Assembly: GCA_903922605.1 (NCBI GenBank) | Contig: CAIXUG010000069.1 | Location: 8,603 to 72,602 of the forward strand | Direction: 5' to 3' | Source of the DNA: an uncultured Verrucomicrobiota bacterium | Lineage (GTDB): Bacteria > Verrucomicrobiota > Verrucomicrobiia > Limisphaerales > UBA9464 | DNA: 64,000 nucleotides | Shown here: positions 1-9,800 of the stretch, in pieces | Layout: each line of letters opens with the position of its first letter | Position numbering within the stretch: position 1 is the first letter of the stretch | Made by a program: the position numbers and the translations under genes | Notes under the pieces: generated by a model | Seen by the model: the letters and a program-made list of their open reading frames with translations, nothing else | Told to the model about the DNA's origin: nothing | Databases searched by the model: none

Positions 1-354
1 AAGAACAAGACGGTGAAGCTAGCGCAGCTCGACGGCCAGAAGTTCATCGCCTTCGAGCCCGACATCCCCACCCGCAAGGCCGTGGACAAAGTGCTGCGGG
101 ACGCCGGCATCGCGATCACCGTGGTGATGGAGTTCGACAACATCGAGACCGTGAAGCGTGCGGTCGAGATCGAGGCCGGCATCAGCATCGTGCCCGCCGG
201 CACCGTGGCCGGTGAGGTTTCCAAGCAGACGCTGATGGCGATCCCCTTCTCCGACGTCTCGATCGGCCGCCCGCTCGGGGTCATCTACAAAAAGAACAAG
301 GTGCTCTCCCCGGCGATGAAGCAGTTCATCACGCTGCTGAAGCAGGTCGCCTGA
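1..354 (+). CDS. LysR-family transcriptional regulator, C-terminal effector-binding domain (5' end lies outside the window)
   Basis: The frame is open from base 1. The translation 'FIAFEPDIPTRKAVDKVLRDAGI...VMEFDNIETVKRAVEIEAGISIVPAG...GVIYKKNKVLSPAMKQFI' is typical of the LysR substrate-binding domain. Stop codon ends at 354. Confidence 0.8.
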   Translation, partial: KNKTVKLAQLDGQKFIAFEPDIPTRKAVDKVLRDAGIAITVVMEFDNIETVKRAVEIEAGISIVPAGTVAGEVSKQTLMAIPFSDVSIGRPLGVIYKKNKVLSPAMKQFITLLKQVA

Positions 355-451
355 GCAGGTGGTTCCCTGTGCACTGACCGCTGTTCGCCGGTTCCGCTCG
401 CCACCAAAGATTAAACGTGGCGGGCACGCCCGGCTGCGGCATTTTTCAGCC

Positions 452-1069
452 ATGCGACTCATCGTGCTATCTCTGCTGGTGCTGCTCGGCGGCCGGACCG
501 CCTTCGGGGCGGCCACCCCGTCGGCCACGACCAATTCCGTGCTGGTGCAAAACCAGGGCACGCTCAGCTGGGTCGTACCGGCCGGCTGGGAATACACCCC
601 GCCCCGGGCCGACCCCTCGGCCACGATGCCCGCCACCTTCCGCCTGCGCTCACCGGCCGGACAGCCTTCCCTCATAGTCACGGTGTTCTGGGACGGGTTT
701 GGTCCGAAGAAGTTCAGTCCCAGCGATACGGAAATGGCTGACCTGGTGAAGAAGAATGCGGAAGAAAAGTACGCCCCAAGTTCCGTTGAGAAAGAAGTGC
801 ACCTCACCCCCCTGGCAGGCGCCCGGATGCGGGGAAACTTCATCTCCTTCACGGATTCCCAATTCGCGGACAAGGAGCCGAAGGACATTCCTGCGGGCGA
901 GGCGCGAAACGCGACCATCGGGATGTTTCGCTCCGGCAATCTGTGGGGCAATTTCACCATGCTCACCAACGCCAAGGAGGGCGAGCAGTTCGACCAGGCT
1001 CTGGCCGTGGTGAAGTCGTTCAGCGGCATCCCCGTTGAAAAGGGGTCGGGACCGGCCTCACCGAAATGA
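452..1069 (+). CDS. secreted hypothetical protein
   Basis: ATG at 452 gives 'MRLIVLSLLVLLGGRTAFGAATP', a Sec-type signal peptide. Codon usage looks coding. I recognise no domain. Confidence 0.6.
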   Translation: MRLIVLSLLVLLGGRTAFGAATPSATTNSVLVQNQGTLSWVVPAGWEYTPPRADPSATMPATFRLRSPAGQPSLIVTVFWDGFGPKKFSPSDTEMADLVKKNAEEKYAPSSVEKEVHLTPLAGARMRGNFISFTDSQFADKEPKDIPAGEARNATIGMFRSGNLWGNFTMLTNAKEGEQFDQALAVVKSFSGIPVEKGSGPASPK

Positions 1070-1097
1070 AAGGTTACGGCTGCGGCTGCGAACACCC

Positions 1098-2225
1098 ATG
1101 AGCGCCAGCGACGACCTCGGGTTCATGCGGCTCGCGCTGCGCCTGGCGCGGCGGGCCTACGGACAGGTTTCACCCAACCCGCTGGTCGGCGCGGTGCTGG
1201 TAAAGCGCGGCCAGATCATCGGCCAGGGCTGGCATCATCGTGCCGGCCAGCCACATGCCGAAATCGAGGCGTTGCGCGATGCGGAGCGACGTGGGGAATC
1301 TGCAAAAGGAGCCACCCTCTACGTCACCCTGGAACCGTGCTGCACCCACGGTCGCACCCCGCCTTGTACCGACGCCATATTGCGTCACAGCCTCCGCCGG
1401 GTCGTGGTAGCGGCGACCGATCCCAACCCGAGGCACGCCGGCCATGGTTTCGAGCTCTTGAGGGAAGCAGGGGTAGAAGTCACGACGGGCATTCTCGCCG
1501 CCGAGTCGGCCCGGATGAACGAGAGCTTCAACCACTGGATCGTCCACCGGACCCCGTTCGTCACGGTGAAGTCCGCCATGACGCTCGACGGCAGGATTGC
1601 CACGGCCGACGGCGAGTCGAAATGGATCACGGGCGAACGCGCCCGTCGGGAGGTGATGCGGCTGCGTGCCGGCGCCGACGCCATCCTGGTCGGAGTCGGC
1701 ACCCTGTTGGCCGACGATCCCGCTCTCTCCGTTCGCACCGGGAAGGCCGTGCAGGGCCGGCGACGCATCGTGCTCGATACGCGCGCCCGCACGCCGCTGA
1801 CCGCCAAGCTGGTGACCGACGAGTTTTCGGCGCTGACCACGGTCGTGGTCGGAGAGTCGGCCCCCAAACGCCGTGCGCAGGCGCTGGCCAAGCGGGTACG
1901 CGTGCTGACCGTCCCAGAAAAACAACGGCACATCGATCTGGCCCAGCTGCTGCCTTTGCTGGGCGCCGAGAACATCACCAGCCTGCTGGTGGAAGGCGGT
2001 GGCGAGGTGAACGCCTCATTCCTGCTGGGTGGCCACTCGCACCGGGTCGCCTTTTTCTACGCGCCGAAGATTCTTGGCGGACGCACGGCCCATCATGCGG
2101 TGGAGGGCGAGGGTGCAAAATCGTTGGCGGAATCCCTGATCCTCTCCGAGCTTGCCTGGCGGCAATTGGGGCCGGATCTGCTGCTGACCGCCCGCGTCGG
2201 CTCCGCGCTGGCCACCGGGCACTGA
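1098..2225 (+). CDS. ribD: bifunctional riboflavin biosynthesis protein RibD (pyrimidine deaminase / uracil reductase)
   Basis: It has the CMP/dCMP deaminase zinc motifs 'HAEIEAL' and 'PCCTHGRTPPC'. These are followed by a RibD C-terminal reductase domain ('TVKSAMTLDGRIA', 'LLVEGGG'). ATG at 1098. Confidence 0.93.
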   Translation: MSASDDLGFMRLALRLARRAYGQVSPNPLVGAVLVKRGQIIGQGWHHRAGQPHAEIEALRDAERRGESAKGATLYVTLEPCCTHGRTPPCTDAILRHSLRRVVVAATDPNPRHAGHGFELLREAGVEVTTGILAAESARMNESFNHWIVHRTPFVTVKSAMTLDGRIATADGESKWITGERARREVMRLRAGADAILVGVGTLLADDPALSVRTGKAVQGRRRIVLDTRARTPLTAKLVTDEFSALTTVVVGESAPKRRAQALAKRVRVLTVPEKQRHIDLAQLLPLLGAENITSLLVEGGGEVNASFLLGGHSHRVAFFYAPKILGGRTAHHAVEGEGAKSLAESLILSELAWRQLGPDLLLTARVGSALATGH

Positions 2226-2246
2226 TTGCCGGACACTCCTGCCCGC

Positions 2247-2864
2247 ATGTTCACCGGCATTGTCGAAGAAACCGGCCTGATCGAAAACATCACCCCGCAG
2301 GCGGAGGCCATCCGGCTCGGCGTGCGCGCGCGGCTTTGTGGCCGAGGCACCCGGCTCGGCGACAGCATCGCCATCAACGGTTGCTGCCTGACCGTGGTAG
2401 GCATCAAGCCCATCAAGGGCGGTGGCAAGCGGCTCGATTTCGACTTGCTGCAGGAGACTTGGGACCGCACCAGCCTGTCGCAGGCGAAGGTGGGTTCCGC
2501 CGTGAATCTCGAACGCGCCCTGGCCGCCAACGGCCGCTTGGGCGGGCATTTTGTCAGCGGCCATGTGGATGGCACTGGGACCATCGCCAAGTGGGAGCGC
2601 AGCGGTAAGGACCACATCCTGGAAATTCGCGCGCCGAAGGAAGTGCTGCGCTATGTCGTGTTCAAAGGCTCAATTGCCGTGGATGGCATCAGCCTGACGG
2701 TCGCGGTCCTGACGAAAGGCGGGTTCCGGCTCTGGATCATCCCGCACACCCACGAAGTCACCTCGCTGCGTGAACGCAAGGTCGGCGACCGGGTGAACCT
2801 GGAAGCCGACCTGCTCGGAAAATACGTGGAGCGCTTTGTGACGCTGGGACGGCGAAAAGACTGA
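2247..2864 (+). CDS. ribE: riboflavin synthase (alpha chain)
   Basis: The N-terminus 'MFTGIVEETGLI' and a second lumazine-binding repeat 'GHFVSGHVDGTGTI' are present, and the gene directly follows ribD. ATG at 2247; an alternative TTG lies at 2226. Confidence 0.92.
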   Translation: MFTGIVEETGLIENITPQAEAIRLGVRARLCGRGTRLGDSIAINGCCLTVVGIKPIKGGGKRLDFDLLQETWDRTSLSQAKVGSAVNLERALAANGRLGGHFVSGHVDGTGTIAKWERSGKDHILEIRAPKEVLRYVVFKGSIAVDGISLTVAVLTKGGFRLWIIPHTHEVTSLRERKVGDRVNLEADLLGKYVERFVTLGRRKD

Positions 2865-2913
2865 CTGCCTGCTCGCGTCGGTTCCTGCCCATGCCGAGGT
2901 TTTGAACGAGCGG

Positions 2914-3792
2914 TCAGGGCAGCACTGTCGCTCCCGTCGGCTGCACGTTGACGGTCACGCGGAAGAACTGGGCCTCGGTGGCGGCGGAGACGAAGACGGA
3001 CAGGTAGTGGCCCAGGCCGACGGCCTTGGTCAGCGTACCGGCCGCGTCGGGGCTGCTCGCGAAAGTGGCGGTGCTCCAGGTGACGCCTTGGTCCGTGAGC
3101 GTGCCGGTCTGCACCTGGTAGCTCTTACCGGGGACCGCGAAGAACTGCAATTGCGTGACCCCGGGATACGCCGTGCGCGAGATGGCTACCGCCAGCACGT
3201 CCTCGGCGTTCGCCGGGTCGGTGCCGGCCAGGAACTCGTCGAGATTGCTGACGCCGTCGCCGTCGGAATCGTCCGTCGCCCGCACCTTGGACGGGCTGAA
3301 GGGGGTGCCATCGCCGAGGGCGCTCCAGATCCACTGGCGCAGCTCGTCGGTGAGGCCGTCGCCCAGGGAATCGGTGCCCGAGCGGGCGTTGAAACGCACC
3401 ACGGAACCGGCCGGCAGGGTGCAGATGAAGTTCGTGCTGATGACCGGCTGGCCGGAACCGTTGTCCACGAGCCGGATCTGGACGTTGTCGCCGGGGGAAA
3501 TGACGTCGGGGCTGTAGTCGTCGAGCTTGCCGCCGGTGTCGTAGGGGACGCGCAGGAGGAAGTTGTACTCGTTGCCCACGGCCGGGATGAGCGTGTGCGT
3601 CGCGATCTTCACGCCCTGGGCGTACACCTCCACATAGTCATCGCCGGGATAGGGCCAGCCAAACTCGTCGAGGAACATGCCGTAAAAGGTGAGCGATGGC
3701 AGGGGCAGCCCGGCCATTGCCGGCGGGGAAATCGTTACGGAAAGAGCCACGGCCAGGGCCAGACCTCGGAGCAATCGGAAGAAGGTTTGCAT
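2914..3792 (-). CDS. module A: secreted ~290-aa protein with a thrombospondin-type-3-like Ca-binding repeat and a C-terminal beta-sandwich
   Basis: ATG at 3792 gives the signal peptide 'MQTFFRLLRGLALAVALSVTISPPAMA'. It contains 'DDSDGDGVSNLDEFLAGTDP' and ends '..AQFFRVTVNV'. It is a paralogue of 17446..18312 ('LTFYGMFLDEFGWPY' vs 'HLLYGMVRDEYGTPI'). Confidence 0.8.
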   Translation of the reverse strand: MQTFFRLLRGLALAVALSVTISPPAMAGLPLPSLTFYGMFLDEFGWPYPGDDYVEVYAQGVKIATHTLIPAVGNEYNFLLRVPYDTGGKLDDYSPDVISPGDNVQIRLVDNGSGQPVISTNFICTLPAGSVVRFNARSGTDSLGDGLTDELRQWIWSALGDGTPFSPSKVRATDDSDGDGVSNLDEFLAGTDPANAEDVLAVAISRTAYPGVTQLQFFAVPGKSYQVQTGTLTDQGVTWSTATFASSPDAAGTLTKAVGLGHYLSVFVSAATEAQFFRVTVNVQPTGATVLP

Positions 3793-3803
3793 GGTGGGCG
3801 AAG

Positions 3804-6800
3804 TCAGTTTCCGGAGTAGGAGTAGGTGTCCAGCAACAGGTAGATGTCCGAGATGCCCTCGATCAGGCTGTCGAGCGCGGTGGACGGTGAGCTGGAGAGG
3901 CTGGAACCGGGGATGATGAGCACCCACTCGGTGTTCCAGACGGAGCGCGCGATCAGGCGCGAATCGTAAGGTACCGAACCGGCGGCGGTGAGCTCGTCGT
4001 CGTCATACGCACGCATCGGCGGGAAGCGGCGGATGACGTGGACGTTGTCGGTGCCGATGCTCTCCAGCGGGAAGCTGACGTTGCCGGCCGCCGAGGGGTA
4101 TGGGATCGGCCACACCTGGTCGATGACCTGCCAGTCGCGGATGGTCGCCCCCCCGTCGATGGGCGTGCGCTGCCGGTCCACGCCCGCCGGCACAAGATAG
4201 ACGCGCGGCGACTTCGTCAACAGCGAGCCCACGTTCTGGTTGTAGCCGGCGAAGCTGACCGCCGAGCCGCGCAGCTTGGTGGTGAAGTGCGCCGAGTCGA
4301 ACACGGTGTCGCCCCCGACCAGCGGCAGGCCGAAGACGTTGAAGCCGGACTGGATCTGCGTGGAGAAGGGAATCACCAGCGCAGGCTCGTTGGTACCCAT
4401 GGGGCTGTAATACTGGCAGAAATTCTTGAACTCGGGCACCTGCCGGATGTCCGCCACGCGGTAGGTGTAGAGGCGGTTCTGCCAGATGCCAAGATTGTTG
4501 GTCTCGACGATGGGATCGGCGGACTTGCCGATGCGGAAGAGCTCCTGCCGCAGCGAGATCCGGTGCTTCTCGCGCGTGGGGTTGTTGATGCCGAAGCGGC
4601 CTTTCAGCACGGCCCAGTTGGCATTCATCTTGGCCAGGATCGAGGCGAGGTCGCCCGCGTCGGAGCTGCCCCCGACCGGCTGGCCGTCCACCATGTCCCC
4701 CAGCTGCGTGGCCTTCATGGTGTCGCCCATGAAGTCGCCGCTCTGGCCCGAGACGACCGTCGGGTCGAGCAGACCCGTCTCGTAATCGTACACGCGTGCG
4801 GTGGCGAAGACGTAGCGCGAGGCCTGCTGGAAGGCGTTCAGGTATTCCTCCAGGTCCTCGTTCTTGAAGGTGCGGAAAATCACGTCCGCATAGCGCGCCT
4901 CCTGGATGCGGGCCGCGTTGTCCTGGCGGAAGGCGAGCAGATCCTCCTGCACCTGGATGCCCTTGGACACGAGGGTGAGGTAGTTCTGCCAGGCCTGCCG
5001 GAGCGAGACGGCGGCGCCGTACACGGTGTCGCTATCGGCGTTCACCTTGCTGAGGAGCTGGGTGGTCTCCATCACCGTCTGCGACTGGTCCTCTGCGCCG
5101 GCCAGGGCGTCCGCGTTGGCCGCGATCTCGTTGTCGAGCTGGCTGGACAGCTTGCCGGCGGCGTAGCTGGCGAAATTCGCGGCGTCCTTGGCCGCGCCGA
5201 TGGATTCCTCGCCGACCAGCTTGGTGATCGCCAGGCCGATGCGGGCGGGGAAAGAGAGGTCACCACCGTCGGCCAGACCGGCGATGAACGACTGGGGCAG
5301 CGGATCCTTGGAAGCCTCGTAGGCGCTCTGCACCTCGGAATCCAGGGTGTCCAGGGTGGAGAGGGAAAGGTCCAGCCCCTCCTGGACAAGGTTCACCGTG
5401 AACTGCTGGTTCTGCAGGTTCGAGTCAATCGCGCCATAGGAGGCGGAATAGCTGTTGTGGTCCTGCAGGCGCTGGAGCCGGGCGGTGAGCTGGGTCTTGT
5501 CGTCCTGCTGGTGCGCGATGGCCGAGCGGAGCGTGATCCAGGCGCGGATGTAATCGCCGAGGGCGCCCTCGATCTTGCCGTAGATGGCGCGCTGGCCGCC
5601 GGTCCAGGAGTCGGGCAGCACCGGGATGCCGTCACTGTTGATGGAGTAGGTGACGTTGGCGCCGACGGCAGTGAGCGTGTCGAGGTTGTCGCCTGTGATG
5701 CTGTACTTGGAGTTGAACGTGACATTGGTCACCGAGCCGGCATCCGCCGGGCTGAAGAGGTCGCGATCAATGTAGTTGTAGTGGTACAGGTCGGGTCCCT
5801 GATAGCCGGTCACGAAGGAGCCCGTCGGCCCGATGTCATCGGGGTAAGGCGTGCCGTAGAGATCGACGAGCTGGGCGTTGAACTCGTTTTCACGCTGGGC
5901 GATCTGGTAGCGGAAGGACTCCAGCGAAACATCCTGGCGACGCAGGTCCGTACCGGCTTCGCTGGCCCGCTGAAGCACGGTGTAGGCGGCCTGCATGGCG
6001 GTCACCGCACGGTCATAGATCTGCTCGAAGTGGCTCTTGCCCGCGTCGGCCAGCAGGGGATCGAGGTCGAATGGCACCACGTTCGCCGCGACGCCCATGG
6101 GGCTGTCGCCGCGGTCGATGTCGTCCTGCTTGTCCTGGAGCGTCCCGATGAGGCCGGCGAGCTGCGACAGTTCGGGAACGGTGGCGCGGGTAATGTTCGT
6201 CACCGAGCCGCCGCCGTCGATGGGCGCCGGCAGCAGCGAATTCAGCACAATCCAGTTATACAGGGCGCCCTGGCTGGAGCGGTCCACCCACTCGGTGGCC
6301 GACCAGGCGCGGTTCGTGTTGCTGTCCACGTAGAGCGGCACGCGCTTGGACGGGTCGAGCTGGTAGTCGCGGCGGAAGGTGCGGTCCACGATCTCCACCG
6401 AGGTGCGCGCGAGCTGCAGGGCCGAGGCGGCCATCTTGCGCTCGTCCACGTAGTCGAAGCTGACGTTGACGCCCCCGATGGTCTTGACCTCGGCGCGGGG
6501 ATACCAGGTGAAGTTCGTGTTCTCCAGCAGGCGATAATAATCCATCAGTGCCGTCAGGTAATGGCCGTAGGCGTCGCCGTGCCCCTGCGGATACAGCCGG
6601 GCGGCGTCCGCCTCGGTGATGCTGCCCTCCGAGTTGGTGGTGACGCTCGGGATGTTGTAGTTGAGCGCGTAGGCGGGTTCGCCGCTGTTGATGCCCTTCG
6701 TGAAGTTCCAATAGAGCCGGTTATAGACCGGGTAGGTGGTCACGGGCGTCGAGGACGTGTCGTCCAGACCGCGCAGCAGGGCCAGCTCCTCCTCCAGCAG

Positions 6801-9800
6801 CGTGGGCACGATGCCCTGGAAGGCGAACAGGCTGGAGGCGCGGGAACCGAAATAGATGTCGTTCAGGTCGCGGGTACCCCACGCGATCGTGGGGTCCTTC
6901 GCGTCGCTGAGGGCCTCGTCGCCCAGCATGGTGTACAGCTCGTTGAGCTTGCTGGCGGCGTCGAGCAGGGAGGCGTTGACGTTGTCGTCCTTGTAGCCGG
7001 CGTCGATGCTCAGGTTGCGGGCCTGCTGGAGCAGCGTCTCGTAGATCTCGATCAGCCCGAAGCTGTCCGCGTTGTCCATGTTGAGGGGCACCGCGCCCAC
7101 GTAGCGCTTGCCGGCCTGCGACAGGATGCTGGTGGTCAGGTCGAGCTGGTTGTTGGCCAGCGAGCCCACGCGCTGGTCGAAGGGGTTGATGCCGTCCAAC
7201 GCGCGGGTGAGCCAGTTCTCCACGAGCGCCGGTTCGGTCCAGCTGCTCCAGTTCGTGTTCGGCGCGCCGGAGGCAACGCAGCGCCAGTGGACGGAGAAAT
7301 AAACGTCCTCGAGCGTGAGCAGGCCGGGCCCGCCGAAGACGATGCGGCTCAGGCCGCGGGTCGTCACGCCGTAGGGCAGCCAGGCGGCGAGGTTCGCGTT
7401 CGGACTGGCCGGCACCTGGCCGAAATTCGACGGCGAGTAACGCCACTCGAACTCATACTGCGACGGGTCGCCGCCGAAGTCGCCGTTGTGCCGCAGCGTG
7501 GTGTACTGGTCGAACTTGTTGTCCGAGTAGAGGACGATGACGCTGCCCGTGTAGAGTTTCGTGGTGTCCAGGAAGAAGGGCACCACGCTCACGGGATCGC
7601 CGGTGAGGTTGAAGTTGGTCCGCGTGTTGAAGCCGAGCGTGACGTGGCCGCCGCCGAAGCCCGAGGGCGTCAGCACGATGGAGCTGAACGGCACCTCGGC
7701 GTTCGGGATCACGTTGGCCGGCTGGCGCAGGCCGGCGACGGCGGCCTGCCAGTTGGGATCCGGGCTGAGTCCGGCCATGATCGAGTAGTCGGAGTTGGGG
7801 TCCGAGGGGGAACCGAGCCAGGCGGGCAACACGTACGAATCGCCGGTGATGGGCTGCACCACGGCCCCGCTCAGGTTCAGCTTCCTGGCTGTCGGGTCCC
7901 AAGTGACCCGGTCGCGCAGATGCGGCGGCAACAGCGTGAAATACACCTGCCCGAGCTCGATGTCGGTCGCCGTGGCGATGCCGTTCGTACTGGCCAGGTC
8001 CGAGGAGGAAACGGTGGTCGGGTCCACGATGTAGGCCGAGGTCTTGCCGGAATAATTGGCCTCGTCGAAGAGGATGGCGGCCGACTTCTGGCCGTAGATC
8101 GCCGGCAGGCCACCGATGGCGGTGGACAGCGTCTGCCCCAGCGCCAGCGTCGGCAGGTTAGTCGGCCAGTTGATGGTGTAATGGATGGTCAGGCCGTTGC
8201 TCGTATTGCCGAAGGGCACGGAGTCGCCGGGGTTCTTCGTGCCAAGGGAGGAGGGCCAGTAGAAGCCGGGCTCCAGCGGGTATTGCCAGCGCATGGGCAC
8301 GCTGTCGGGCGTGGTGGAACTGGCCGACTGCGCCCAGTAGGTGCCGGTGCGGTCCTGGAACAGGCGGTGCAGCGGATCATCGGCGCCGGGGCCGGACAGC
8401 GGGCTGTAGGGCAGCAGGTAGATGATCGGCGTGGGGGATTGAAGCTCCTGGCCGACCAGCAGCGAGCCGTCGAAATTGGGATGGATGCTGTTGGTGGGGA
8501 TCACTTGGACCGGCTGGAGGTAGGAGAGCAAGCCGCGCGTGGTGTCCTTGTATTGCAGGAGCATGTACGCCGGCGAGGTGGCGGGCTGGTTGAGATCCCA
8601 GCGCAGGGCATAGGCAGCAGGACCGAAGATCAGCGCGTGCTCCTCGTTGGGGTTGTAGCCGACGGCGGTCACGTCGTTCTGGTAATAGACCGACGGCTCG
8701 GCCCAGGTGGTGGGCAGGTTGAAGGCGGCGGTCTTCTGGCCGGCGACCGCCAGCACCGGCGCTGCGATCGGGTCCATGAGGCGGTAGCGGGTGACGATGC
8801 CCGGGATGCCCAGCGGCTGGTCGAGATAGGGAGCGGTGAAGGAGCTGCTCCACCACACCTCGATCAGTGAATTGGTCGGGGTGTCGTTCACGGGGATGAT
8901 CCGCGATTCCGCCGCGTAAATGCCCGGATGGTAGGCGGTGCCCGACCGGATGATGCCGCCGGTGACCTCGGCGGGCGGCAGGAGGTTGATCGTGCTGCCC
9001 AGGACGGCGGGACCGTGATAGGTGGCCGCAACGCCGCGGGCCGCATCCGGCACCAGCAGGACGGCTTCGCCGGCGACGTTGGACGGCGTGACCTGGCTGA
9101 AGTCGTACCAGCGGACGAGGGTGCTGTCCGTGAAGTCCGCCGCCGAGGTAAGGTCCGCATTGACCTGCGCGGTGGAGTGTGTGGTGGCGTAGATCCGGAA
9201 ATCGCTGAACTCCGCGTTCAGCGTGGAATTCGTGGCCGTGCCGGCCTCCAGGACCAGCCTGGTGGCCAGGACATCCGAGCCGCGGCCCGGCAGGACCACG
9301 ACGCCATCTTTGTTACCGTCGAGATACAGGCGCAGCTGGCCGCTTTCGGCCACCAGGGCAATGTGATGGGTCGAATTCTCTTCCAGCACCGTTCCGGAGA
9401 TGCCGGCCACGACCCCGTTGGTGAGCAGATCCAGGCGTCCGCCCGAAAGGCCCAGCTCCACGGTGGAGTTCGTGCCCGACTTGGCTTCCAGCAGGGGCAC
9501 GTCCCCTTTGGGGAACTTACGATTGCCGTCCCCGACCCGCAGCCAGAACTCGACCGATTGCGCGTCCGAGCGTTTCCAGGTCAGCGGGATTTCCGTGTTG
9601 TTGGCGTTCCCGGCCAGGGCCAGGCGCTGGTTGAGGGTGTAGGGAAGCTGGCCGGCGGTGTTGGGCGTGCCGTAACCCAGCACGTTTTCGCCGGTGGCCA
9701 GATCCAGCACCTGATAGCCCGCCTCGCCATCCGGATCCAAGGGCGTCGAGGTCTGCTGCCACAGGGGCGTGATCAGGTGATCGAGATTGGGCTCATCGCC

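Noticed and set aside
1069-1098. An FMN riboswitch might be expected upstream of ribD.
   Set aside because: Only about 28 nt separate the upstream stop from the ribD start, which is far too short for an FMN element. No conserved FMN-box sequence was seen.
4038-8870. Very long plus-strand ORFs lie antisense to the giant and kinase genes: 4038..8870 (1610 aa), 8928..10049, 10794..12749, 18305..23578 (1757 aa), 23582..25132, 35123..37732 and 41704..43947.
   Set aside because: They are typical high-GC shadow ORFs. Their translations are dominated by R/G/A/V/D/H with no signal peptides or recognisable motifs. The opposite strand encodes proteins with clear domains and paralogues.
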